Source: an uncultured Ignavibacteriaceae bacterium (GTDB taxonomy: Bacteria; Bacteroidota; Ignavibacteria; Tepidaquicellales; Tepidaquicellaceae). From it: DNA of 53,103 nucleotides. Positions 1 through 8,484 of this stretch are shown here, piece by piece; positions within the stretch are counted from its first letter, which is position 1, and each line of letters starts with the position of its first letter. The DNA lies in NCBI GenBank assembly GCA_964581915.1, contig CAZOQR010000001.1:1-53103 (forward strand), written 5' to 3'. The position numbers and the translations under genes are program-made. Below the pieces are notes generated by a model, which saw nothing but the letters and a program-made list of their open reading frames with translations, had not been told where the DNA came from and did no database searches.

Positions 1-1
1 C

Positions 2-1096
2 GTTATCGGACTCCTCGTCGGCATTTATTCGCTGATGCAGTTCATATTCACGCCTGTCTGGGGCTCGTTGTCCGATATCTACGGAAGAAAACCCATACTC
101 GTTATGAGTCTTGCGGGAAATGTAATTTCATACGTACTTATGTTCCTTGTCTTTTCGGGTGTTTTTCCGTCCGTGTACCTTCTGGCATTATCAAGGGCGT
201 TCGCAGGAATATTCTCCGCGAACCTCTCTGCAGCGCAGGCGGTTATTTCGGACATTACCCCGCCCGAAGACCGCTCGAAAGGTATGGGAATACTCGGAGC
301 AGCGTTCGGACTCGGGTTTGTTTTCGGTCCCGCGATGGGTGGAATATTGTCGCAGCATTTCGGCTACGGACTTCCGATTGCGATGTCCGGAATTTTTTCT
401 CTTATCGCGCTTACACTCGCTCTAACTATTTTGAAGGAGTCGCTTCCCGAAGATATCAGAAAGCAAAACAAGCGGGACTTCAAGGGAGTCACCATAGTTA
501 ATCTCCGCGGCGTCAGGGACGTGCTGTCGAACAAGAAGGTCGGAGTGTACGTAATAATATTTTTCTTCATAACTTTTTCTTTTGCGAATATTTACGGGAC
601 TTTCCTTTTATTCGCCGAAAGGACCGATACTCTTTCTTTAAATCAGCAGGAGGTCGGATTCCTGCTTTCGTTTCTCGGTGTAATCGGAGCGGTAGTGCAG
701 GCGACGCTGATTAAGACTTTTAAAGCGAAAATTGGAGAGGAAAGATCAATACTCCTCGGAAATTTCCTCGTGATATTCGGACTCGCGCTCATACCGTTCG
801 CGCCGGGCGTTCCCGCCCTGCTCGTGGTGATGACCGTGCTGGGATTCGGAAACGGACTTAACAATCCCATGCTGATGGGTTTGATATCAACGAGCGTTAG
901 CCGCGACGAACAGGGCTCGGTGCTTGGAATAAACCAGTCGCTCGGCTCGCTCGCGAGATTTCTCGGTCCTGTTTGGGGAGGTTTTATATATAAGTTCGGA
1001 TACACATTCCCCTTCCTTTCGGGAGGATTCTTCATGCTCCTTATAACTTTGTTCAGTCTGAGATACCTTAAAAAGAGTCAGGTCTCAGCCCGATAA
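2..1096 (+). CDS. MFS transporter (drug/H+ antiporter-like), 5-prime partial
   Basis: The frame is open from the window edge (nt 2: VIGLLVGIYSLMQF...), so the ATG at 35 is probably internal. There are many hydrophobic helices and an MFS loop motif, SDIYGRKPILVMS, after TM2. Confidence 0.85.
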   Translation, partial: VIGLLVGIYSLMQFIFTPVWGSLSDIYGRKPILVMSLAGNVISYVLMFLVFSGVFPSVYLLALSRAFAGIFSANLSAAQAVISDITPPEDRSKGMGILGAAFGLGFVFGPAMGGILSQHFGYGLPIAMSGIFSLIALTLALTILKESLPEDIRKQNKRDFKGVTIVNLRGVRDVLSNKKVGVYVIIFFFITFSFANIYGTFLLFAERTDTLSLNQQEVGFLLSFLGVIGAVVQATLIKTFKAKIGEERSILLGNFLVIFGLALIPFAPGVPALLVVMTVLGFGNGLNNPMLMGLISTSVSRDEQGSVLGINQSLGSLARFLGPVWGGFIYKFGYTFPFLSGGFFMLLITLFSLRYLKKSQVSAR

Positions 1097-1829
1097 TACC
1101 GAGCATGCGGCCTGAATTCTCGCCGTCACGCCTGTACGAATGAAAGAATTCCTCGTCCCTGAATGTGCAGAACCCGGAACACTCAATGTTCGCGTCGGGC
1201 ATTCCCGCATTCCGCAACTGATTGTAATTGTCTTTAACGAGGTCAATAAAAAATTTCCCGTCCTTTTCTGTTCCCGATTCGGCAGGAAACTGGTCGTAAA
1301 CGAACTTGCCGACTTCATAGTGCTCGGCGGAAATCGCAGGTCCGATGTAAGCAAGCAATTCGTCCGGATGCAGGCGGTATCTCTCACGAAGCGTGTTAAC
1401 CGTCTTGCTCAGTATTCTCGAGCGTGTTCCCTTCCATCCGGAATGTACGGCGGCAACTGCCTTCGCTGACGGGGAATAAATGAATATAGGAACGCAGTCG
1501 GCAATGCTTATGCCGAGGTATATGTCTCTTTTATCAGTATAAAGAGCGTCTGAGTCCTGAAAGAAATACGGCACTTCGGAATAATGGATGTTGGCCGAAT
1601 GAATTTGCCTTTGGTACGTTACTCTGTCGGAATTAATTTTCAACTCTCTGAATAAAAGTTGCCTGTTCCTCTTGACGTTTTCAGGGTCATCACCAACAGA
1701 GAAACTCTGGTTGAAAAAAAACGGCGGCTTTGAGTCCGGAGAATGCTTCAGACTCACCGCGCAGACCACGTCTTCGTACTTGTCGAAAATCGAAGGTCTG
1801 ATGAATATTTTCTCATTCATCGAGTTCAA
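1068..1829 (-). CDS. pgeF: YfiH/DUF152 family protein (peptidoglycan editing factor PgeF / purine nucleoside phosphorylase-like)
   Basis: 253-aa ORF with family hallmarks IADCVPIF, AAVHSGWKGT and FFHSYRRDG. An alternative ATG lies at 1820. The 3-prime end overlaps the convergent MFS gene by 29 nt. Confidence 0.85.
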   Translation of the reverse strand: MNSMNEKIFIRPSIFDKYEDVVCAVSLKHSPDSKPPFFFNQSFSVGDDPENVKRNRQLLFRELKINSDRVTYQRQIHSANIHYSEVPYFFQDSDALYTDKRDIYLGISIADCVPIFIYSPSAKAVAAVHSGWKGTRSRILSKTVNTLRERYRLHPDELLAYIGPAISAEHYEVGKFVYDQFPAESGTEKDGKFFIDLVKDNYNQLRNAGMPDANIECSGFCTFRDEEFFHSYRRDGENSGRMLGIIGLRPDSF

Positions 1830-2223
1830 AATCCTTTCTTCTGAATGACTTTTTTACGGATACGATTTTCTTAGTGTTTAACCTGTCAATCATGGATGCC
1901 GCCGTCGGCGAAGTCTTGCTCCTTTTCTTTTCTTTCCTGAACGCTTTCGTGATAAGTTCGGCGAATTTTTTCTTCACCTCGTTCTTGTTCATTATCTGGG
2001 AGCGTTCGCTTTGAGATGAAAGTTTCAGAATTCCGTCTTTATCCGCGTGGTTCTTTAGTTTTCCGAGCAATATCGATTTCTGCTCATCGCTGAGATAAAT
2101 CGAAGCCCGAACGTCAAAGTATAGTTCTACTTTCGTGGAAACCTTGTTTACGTTCTGGCCTCCCTTGCCTCCGCTTCTGACTGCCCTGAACACGGCCTCT
2201 TTTATCAAATCATCTGTAAACAC
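1813..2223 (-). CDS. arfB: alternative ribosome-rescue factor ArfB (peptidyl-tRNA hydrolase, YaeJ-like)
   Basis: 136 aa. It has a release-factor-type GGQ domain (SGGKGGQNVNKVSTKVEL) followed by a basic C-terminal tail. Confidence 0.85.
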   Translation of the reverse strand: MFTDDLIKEAVFRAVRSGGKGGQNVNKVSTKVELYFDVRASIYLSDEQKSILLGKLKNHADKDGILKLSSQSERSQIMNKNEVKKKFAELITKAFRKEKKRSKTSPTAASMIDRLNTKKIVSVKKSFRRKDFELDE

Positions 2224-2350
2224 CCGTTATTCCATAATTTATTATCATAAGATAAGAAAATTTTTCGAAAAGGCGAATTCATTTTATCTTTCATAACACG
2301 AAATTCTTTTATATTATTATTGTTATACTTTTGAACTTAATATCTGCTTA

Positions 2351-3331
2351 ATGAAGAAGATTATCATCTTATTGCTGATGGTTTTAACAGGGTGCAATTT
2401 TGTTTTATCTCAATCCGGAAAAATCGCATACGTTTCCGACAACAATAAATCGGGGTATTATCAGGTGTTCGTGATGAATGAGGACGGCTCGGGTAAAAAA
2501 CAGTTAACTGACATGGCGACAGATTGTTTCTTCCCGAAATGGTCTCCTGACGGCTCGAAAATCGTTTTCAATACTGAAGACGGTAGAATTTTTTACATAG
2601 CGGATGTTAATACCGACACTCCCGCGGACCCGTACTACGTTTTCAGCGGCGAGCATCCTTCCTATGATTCCGACGGCGAAACAATATTCTTTAATTCGGA
2701 TTATGAAGGCGGGCTGACTATTTACGCGATGGCTCCGGGCGAACCCGAGCCTTTCATGATATCGTACCTGAATTATTCAAACCAGCAGAGATTATCACCC
2801 GACGGCTCGAAGATTGTCTTCTCCGCTTACTATCAGAGCACGAAGGACATAATGCTCATTGATCTCGAAGACACGACGGAAAACAACCTGTACCAGATTA
2901 GTTCGGGAGACAACGCGGACCTTATGCCCGACATTTCTTCAGACAATTACAAGATAGTATGGGCGAGTTTCAATAATAATCTTCAGGGAACGATTTATTT
3001 ATTCGACAACGGCAAGGAGAAAGCCATTTCAAAGGGAATCGAAAGCGCGAACAAGCCGAGATTCTCCCCCGACGACAGGACAATCGCGTTTATTTCCATA
3101 TCGAACACAACCGTTAAACTCTACACGATGGACACGGAAGGAAACAACAAGCAGAGTTACGACATACAGGGAGGAAGCGTCGCGAACTATACCTGGATTG
3201 ACAACGAGAGAATTCTTTATGATGCCGAGAACGGAAGCAACTACCAGGTCGGGATTTTGAACATAAAAACGGGGAAAAGCGAACTGCTTACAAAAAGCGG
3301 TTCAAGCATGCATCCCGATTTTTTAAATTAA
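2351..3331 (+). CDS. TolB-like PD40 beta-propeller lipoprotein
   Basis: Signal peptide with lipobox LTGC. Repeated PD40-type motifs are present (WSPDGSKIVF, LSPDGSKIVFSA, FSPDDRTIAF). Confidence 0.7.
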   Translation: MKKIIILLLMVLTGCNFVLSQSGKIAYVSDNNKSGYYQVFVMNEDGSGKKQLTDMATDCFFPKWSPDGSKIVFNTEDGRIFYIADVNTDTPADPYYVFSGEHPSYDSDGETIFFNSDYEGGLTIYAMAPGEPEPFMISYLNYSNQQRLSPDGSKIVFSAYYQSTKDIMLIDLEDTTENNLYQISSGDNADLMPDISSDNYKIVWASFNNNLQGTIYLFDNGKEKAISKGIESANKPRFSPDDRTIAFISISNTTVKLYTMDTEGNNKQSYDIQGGSVANYTWIDNERILYDAENGSNYQVGILNIKTGKSELLTKSGSSMHPDFLN

Positions 3332-3340
3332 AAAAATAAT

Positions 3341-4294
3341 TTGAGAGTAACAGAACATATTGAAAAAGCGAAAGAGCCTTTCATAAGTTTCGAAATTATT
3401 CCGCCTTTGAGAGGAGGGAACATAAACGAAATATTCGGGCTTGTTGAAGAACTCGTGAAACATCACCCCCCGTTCATTGACGTCACGTCGCATTCGGCGG
3501 AAGTTCAGTACGACGAGACTCCCGACGGCGGAATAAAGAAAAAAGTAAAAAGAAAAAGACCCGGAACCATCGGTCTGAGCGTAGCCATAAAGAACAAATA
3601 CAACATCGACACCGTTCCTCATATTCTCTGCAGGGGATTTACAAAAGAAGAGACCGAAGACGCTCTCATAGAATTGAATTATCTGGGTATAGAGAACGTG
3701 CTTGCAGTGCAGGGCGACGATAAGGGTTACAAGAAACCCACGCCGGCGGGAAAGACAACCAACGAATATGCCGTTGAACTCGTCGAACAAATCAGCAGCA
3801 TGAACAAGGGGCAGTATCTTGAATCAGACCTTCTTGACGCGGCGGCAACTGATTTCTGCATCGGAGTCGCGGGTTATCCCGAAAAGCATTATGAATCGCC
3901 GAACCTGAAAGCCGACCTTGAGGTTCTGAAGGCAAAGATTAAAGCGGGCGCCCATTACGCGGTCACTCAGATGTTTTATAAAAATAATTACTATTTCGAT
4001 TTTCTTGACAGGTGCGGAAAAGCGGGAATTGAGATTCCGATAATTCCCGGACTTAAAATCCTAACGTCGAAAAAACACCTCACGAGCCTTCCTAGGGACT
4101 TTTTTATTGACATTCCCGAAGAACTTTACAATGAGGTTATGGAGGCGAAGGATAAGCACGTTACTGAAATTGGCGTTGATTGGGCCTGCAGGCAGGTGGA
4201 AGAATTATTGAATAACAAGGTCCCCGCCGTTCATTTTTACATACTTCAGAACGCGAAACCCGTTAACATGCTGTTTGATAAACTGAAATTGTAA
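3341..4294 (+). CDS. metF: methylenetetrahydrofolate reductase
   Basis: 317-aa ORF with a TTG start. The N-terminus (ISFEIIPPLRGG, FIDVTSH, VPHILCRGF, LAVQGD) matches the MetF family. Confidence 0.9.
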   Translation: MRVTEHIEKAKEPFISFEIIPPLRGGNINEIFGLVEELVKHHPPFIDVTSHSAEVQYDETPDGGIKKKVKRKRPGTIGLSVAIKNKYNIDTVPHILCRGFTKEETEDALIELNYLGIENVLAVQGDDKGYKKPTPAGKTTNEYAVELVEQISSMNKGQYLESDLLDAAATDFCIGVAGYPEKHYESPNLKADLEVLKAKIKAGAHYAVTQMFYKNNYYFDFLDRCGKAGIEIPIIPGLKILTSKKHLTSLPRDFFIDIPEELYNEVMEAKDKHVTEIGVDWACRQVEELLNNKVPAVHFYILQNAKPVNMLFDKLKL

Positions 4295-4398
4295 CTTCAT
4301 TTTCATTGAATATGTTTTTTTGTATGGTTATATTTATTTTATGAAAGAAGTTAATTCATCCGGGTTTAAAATAATTTTCCACGACAAAAGTTTTTTTT

Positions 4399-4431
4399 AA
4401 AAAAGTGTATCCGTAAAGATACACTTTTTTC
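4399..4431 (+). terminator. intrinsic terminator downstream of metF, abutting the next start codon
   Basis: Stem AGTGTATC (4404-4411), loop CGTAAA, stem GATACACT (4418-4425), then TTTTTT (4426-4431). An A-run precedes the stem. Confidence 0.6.
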
Positions 4432-4433
4432 TT

Positions 4434-5066
4434 ATGCATGCTGCAATGATTAATTTAGAAAAATTATTCGCTTACAGGGAATTAAAGACAATATCACCCG
4501 CAATCCACGGATACGAGACAAGAAATAAAATCGTCACTTTCATTCCGCTGGGATATGTAGATAAACTGACGTTCGACATGGCAAACGCCGGCGCGGGGAA
4601 AATCGGGAATTATACCGTGTGCTCATTCAGGATGAAAGGACTCGGCACTTTTATACCCGGGAAAACGTCAAATCCTTTTTCGGGGAAAAAAGGAAAAATG
4701 TCATTCGAGGAGGAAGTCAGGCTGGAGATGGAATGTCCGCCCGAACTCACGGAAAACGTTATTGACGCATTATTGAACGGTCACCCTTATGACGAACCCG
4801 TTTATGAAATTTACAAGTTCAGGAGACGCGCTAAAGTTCCGGCGGGATATTTCGTCGAGACAAGGAAAAAATACACCCTGAAGGATTTGCTTTTAAGACT
4901 CAACAGGAACGTTGACGTTTTCAGCGGATTCACGTCGAAAAAACTCAGCAGGTTTCTCGTCGTGTTTTCGGATATCGGCGAACGGCACGAGGCAAAAGCG
5001 AAAGAGAAGAAACTTCAGGCAATTATATCAATCGATAAATCAAAATATAAAATAAAATTATTATAA
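4434..5066 (+). CDS. Nif3 (DUF34)-related protein reduced to the PII-like insert domain plus a degenerate C-terminal remnant
   Basis: AGAGKIGNYTVCSF...GTFIPGKTSNPFSGKKG...EEVRLEMECP...HPYDEPVYEIY resembles the insert domain of long Nif3/YqfO proteins. No N-terminal Nif3 half is present. Confidence 0.6.
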   Translation: MHAAMINLEKLFAYRELKTISPAIHGYETRNKIVTFIPLGYVDKLTFDMANAGAGKIGNYTVCSFRMKGLGTFIPGKTSNPFSGKKGKMSFEEEVRLEMECPPELTENVIDALLNGHPYDEPVYEIYKFRRRAKVPAGYFVETRKKYTLKDLLLRLNRNVDVFSGFTSKKLSRFLVVFSDIGERHEAKAKEKKLQAIISIDKSKYKIKLL

Positions 5067-5067
5067 A

Positions 5068-5916
5068 ATGGACGAATCAAACGATAACATTTTGGACGAC
5101 AGCGAAGGTTTGAATGGAGAACCCGAAGGAAAAGAACCCGAAGAAGCAAATATTTTCGAATACTTCGAAGCCGAAATTGCATCAAACAAACCGAATTTTT
5201 CAAAGACGCTGCTTAGTTTATACGAACTCACAAAAATAGACCAGGAACTGGCTGAAATTGACGAAGAAAAAGGCGACCTGCCTTTCAGGATAGAGAGTCT
5301 TAAAGAAAGGATATCCGTAATCGAAAAACACCTTGAAGAGGACAAGGCTAAATTGAAAAATTTCGAGACAGAAGAAAAAACGCTTCTGAAAGAAAATAAA
5401 AACCTCGACGATAAGACAACCAAGTACGACGAGCAGAAATACAAGGCAAAGAGCAACAAGGAATACGATGAAATCACGAAACAGATCGACGCGATGCTTG
5501 AATCGATTCAAAAGAACGAGGCGCGTATAAAAGAACTCAAGGGATATCAGGAAAATCTCGTGAAAGGAATTCTCGAAATGTCGAGGAATTTCGATGAACT
5601 GAAGAACGAACTGAAGGAAGACATATCGCATTTGAATTCGCTTAACAAGCAGTTCGAAGAAGAGGAAGTTGAATTGACGGAAAAGCGGAAAGTTATCCTT
5701 GATAATCTCGATGAGAACCTTAAAAGCCTTTATGAAAGGATTAACGGCTCGATGAAAGGCGAAGCGACCGCTATCGTCAGAAAAGGAAACTGCAGCGGCT
5801 GCTATAATTCGGTCCCGCCGCAGAGAGAAATTGAAATCAGGATGGCAGAGGATGTATTCACCTGCCAGTCCTGCGGAAGAATACTGATAGACGAAACATT
5901 AATACCAAGTTCTTAA
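5068..5916 (+). CDS. COG1579/DUF164-type coiled-coil protein with C-terminal C4 zinc ribbon
   Basis: 282 aa with a long K/E-rich coiled coil, ending in CSGC...(17 aa)...CQSC. It starts 1 nt after the preceding stop. Confidence 0.8.
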   Translation: MDESNDNILDDSEGLNGEPEGKEPEEANIFEYFEAEIASNKPNFSKTLLSLYELTKIDQELAEIDEEKGDLPFRIESLKERISVIEKHLEEDKAKLKNFETEEKTLLKENKNLDDKTTKYDEQKYKAKSNKEYDEITKQIDAMLESIQKNEARIKELKGYQENLVKGILEMSRNFDELKNELKEDISHLNSLNKQFEEEEVELTEKRKVILDNLDENLKSLYERINGSMKGEATAIVRKGNCSGCYNSVPPQREIEIRMAEDVFTCQSCGRILIDETLIPSS

Positions 5917-5920
5917 TAAT

Positions 5921-6294
5921 GCTGTTTTATCACGGCGGCCGCGCTTGGGCTTAAAGCCCGGTGAGGAAAGTCCGGACTCCATAAAAGCAGGGATGCCGGG
6001 AGAATATCCCGGGAATTCGTTTCCCAAGAAACGTTTTCAGAAAGTGTCACAGAAAGTATACCGTCCCGTTAGGGATAAGGGTGAAAGGGCAGGGTAAGAG
6101 CCTACCATTTAAAGAGCAATCTTTAAGATCGACATACCTCATCCGGAGCAAATCCGAGTATAGGAAACTGAAGTTCTGCTTGCTTCGTTAGTTTCCGGGG
6201 TAGGATGCAAAGAATGCATCAGCAATGGTGCATCAAGATAAATGGCTGCCGCCCTGAATAAGGGCACAGAATCCGGCTTACAGAATAAAACAGT
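5921..6294 (+). ncRNA. rnpB: RNase P RNA, bacterial type A
   Basis: Universal GAGGAAAGTCCGG (about 5962) and ACAGAATCCGGCTTA (about 6267) can form P4. TAAGGGTGAAAGGGCAGGGTAAGAGCCTACC and TCCGGAGCAA blocks match the E. coli M1 RNA pattern. P1 pairs CTGTTTTAT (5922-5930) with ATAAAACAG (6285-6293). Confidence 0.93.
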
Positions 6295-6300
6295 TTGATG

Positions 6301-6330
6301 ACCGGTCAGGAAACTGACCGGTTATTTTTT
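6301..6330. terminator. bidirectional hairpin terminator between rnpB and nadA
   Basis: ACCGGTCAG-GAAA-CTGACCGGT (9-bp stem, GNRA loop), followed by TATTTTTT on the + strand. The nadA stop codon (6322-6324) sits at the stem edge. Confidence 0.7.
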
Positions 6331-7302
6331 GCTCATTTCAAGCATTCTCTTTATCGGCACAAGAGCCTTTTCCTGTATCGTCCTGTCAAGTATGATTTCA
6401 GGCTTTTTGTCTTTCATGCACAGATACAGTTTCTCAAGCGTGTTCAGTTTCATGTACGGGCATTCATTGCAGGAACAATTCGCCTCGGGCGGCGCCTGTA
6501 TGTATACTTTTCCCGGAGACTGCTTTTCCATCTGATGAAGAATTCCGGGCTCGGTTGCTACGATGAATTCCTTAGAATCGTTTGTCCCGACGTAATTGAG
6601 AAGCGCGCTTGTCGAGCCGACGAAGTCCGCATTGTCAAGAATATTCTGCTCGCATTCGGGATGCGCTATAAGTTTCGCTCCCGGATGTTTAAGTTTTAAC
6701 CCGAGAATTTTTCTTTCGCTGAATGTTTCGTGAACTATGCAGGCGCCCTGCCAGAGCGCCATTTCCCTGCCCGTCGTCTTCGATATGTACCTGCCGAGAT
6801 TTTTATCCGGAGCAAAAATTATTTTCTGCGACTCGGGTATCTGACGTATGATTTTTTCGGCATTGGAAGAAGTGCATATAATATCGGATATCGCCTTTAC
6901 TTCCGCGGAACAGTTTATATAACTTATTAAAATATGTCCGGGATATTTTTCCTTGAACTTCAATAACAAATCGGCAGGACAGCCCTCCGCGAGAGAGCAT
7001 CCCGCGTTCATGTCGGGCAGAAGAACCAGTTTATCGGGATTAAGAATTTTGGCGGTCTCAGCCATGAAATGAACTCCCGCGAACACGATTACATCCGCGT
7101 TCGTCTTTTCCGCCGCCTGCGCCAACTGGAGACTGTCTCCGATATGGTCGGCAATGTCCTGTATGTCAGGCTCCTGATAAAAGTGAGCAAGAAGTACCGC
7201 GTTCAGTTCCTTCTTGAGTCTGTGAATTTCGGAAATGAAAAACTCTTTCTTTTTTCCTTCAGACGCCGCGTCCTTCGTGGTTTTGTTTTTAATCGCCAGC
7301 AT
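6322..7302 (-). CDS. nadA: quinolinate synthase
   Basis: 326 aa. [33 protein letters not shown] and a CSCNECPYM cysteine cluster are typical NadA. Confidence 0.93.
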   Translation of the reverse strand: MLAIKNKTTKDAASEGKKKEFFISEIHRLKKELNAVLLAHFYQEPDIQDIADHIGDSLQLAQAAEKTNADVIVFAGVHFMAETAKILNPDKLVLLPDMNAGCSLAEGCPADLLLKFKEKYPGHILISYINCSAEVKAISDIICTSSNAEKIIRQIPESQKIIFAPDKNLGRYISKTTGREMALWQGACIVHETFSERKILGLKLKHPGAKLIAHPECEQNILDNADFVGSTSALLNYVGTNDSKEFIVATEPGILHQMEKQSPGKVYIQAPPEANCSCNECPYMKLNTLEKLYLCMKDKKPEIILDRTIQEKALVPIKRMLEMSKK

Positions 7303-7517
7303 ATATAATCTTAAACAATAATTTAGATTATCCCGTTTTAATATTAAATGGAATAAGTGAGCCTGCCTGCAATTTAGCGGCAGTAAATTATGAAACAGGC
7401 ATAACCGTAGGACAGAAATTCTTATATGTTTTTAGTTTCTCTCTCAATTACTAATTTGTGTCTTATAATGAAGTGAAAACATCTCGAGGCTTCGACCGAA
7501 AACTTTTAAATCGATAA

Positions 7518-8213
7518 ATGATAAAAAAAGCGATAATACTCGCCGCGGGATTCGGAACCCGCCTTGGAGAACTTACAGAGAAAGTTCCAAAAGCGCTAGT
7601 TCCGTTCAGGCAGGGAACGATGATTTCCTATCAAATCGAAAAACTTAAGCGATGCGGCATATCTGATATAACCGTTAACGCGCATCATTTCCCCGAACTG
7701 ATGGAAAAATATTTCCTTGATAACGATTTCGGTTTACGTATAAACGTGATAAAGGAAGAGACCATTCTGGGAACGGGCGGAGGCATAATTAATGCCGTGA
7801 AGTCTCTCAAAGGAAACGGTTCCTTTCTTGCCGTGAACGTCGACGTTTTCACCGACTTTGAATTAAACAAAATAATCCGCAGCCATTTATCATCGGATAA
7901 TTTCGCGACCCTGCTCGTTCAAAAAAGAAATTCGTCAAGACACCTTGGCTTTGACACGGAAATGAAACTTATAGGAAGGGTAAAAGGCGAATCGTTAGAA
8001 TACGGAAAATTTGCTTTTAACGGCGTTCACGTGATTTCCGATGAAATCTTCGACCTCGGCTTTAAAAAAGAATATTCCGACATAATCGACATTTATACCG
8101 AAGCGATTAAAAGCCGCGGAAAGACTGTTGCCGGATACGACGCGGGAAATTGCATTTTTGAAGATCTCGGAAAACCTGAAGGTTATAACCGGTATAACAA
8201 TTCAGGCGACTGA
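7518..8213 (+). CDS. sugar-phosphate nucleotidyltransferase (MurU/NDP-sugar pyrophosphorylase family)
   Basis: N-terminal ILAAGFGTRLGELTEKVPKALVPF nucleotidyltransferase signature; 231 aa. Confidence 0.75.
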   Translation: MIKKAIILAAGFGTRLGELTEKVPKALVPFRQGTMISYQIEKLKRCGISDITVNAHHFPELMEKYFLDNDFGLRINVIKEETILGTGGGIINAVKSLKGNGSFLAVNVDVFTDFELNKIIRSHLSSDNFATLLVQKRNSSRHLGFDTEMKLIGRVKGESLEYGKFAFNGVHVISDEIFDLGFKKEYSDIIDIYTEAIKSRGKTVAGYDAGNCIFEDLGKPEGYNRYNNSGD

Positions 8214-8438
8214 TTCCACTCTCACTATATCGGGAAACTCGGTCATTAACTGCCTTTCTATGCCCGCTCTCAGTGTCATCAGATTCAGCGGACACGTATT
8301 GCACGCTCCAAGCAGTCTTATCGAAACTATGTTATCATCCGAAATGCTGACCGCTTCGACATCTCCGCCGTCTATCTGAAGATAGGGACGGATTTTCCTG
8401 AGCGATTTTTCAATATTGTCTATATTAAGTTCAGACAT
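8202..8438 (-). CDS. NifU-like Fe-S cluster scaffold domain protein
   Basis: 78 aa. IRPYLQIDGGDVE...LLGACNTCP carries the CxxC motif of the NifU C-terminal domain. Confidence 0.8.
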   Translation of the reverse strand: MSELNIDNIEKSLRKIRPYLQIDGGDVEAVSISDDNIVSIRLLGACNTCPLNLMTLRAGIERQLMTEFPDIVRVESVA

Positions 8439-8484
8439 ATCTCAAAAATAGTCAGATTGCATCAATTAAAACATGGGAATATTT

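Noticed and set aside
6295-6699. 134-aa ORF on the + strand
   Set aside because: It is antisense to nadA and begins inside the rnpB terminator; shadow ORF.
7303-7517. Possible NAD+ riboswitch or other ncRNA in the 215-nt nadA upstream region
   Set aside because: I could not find the conserved nadA-motif elements or any convincing extended structure. The region is AT-rich and is probably a divergent promoter. It needs an Infernal scan to be certain.
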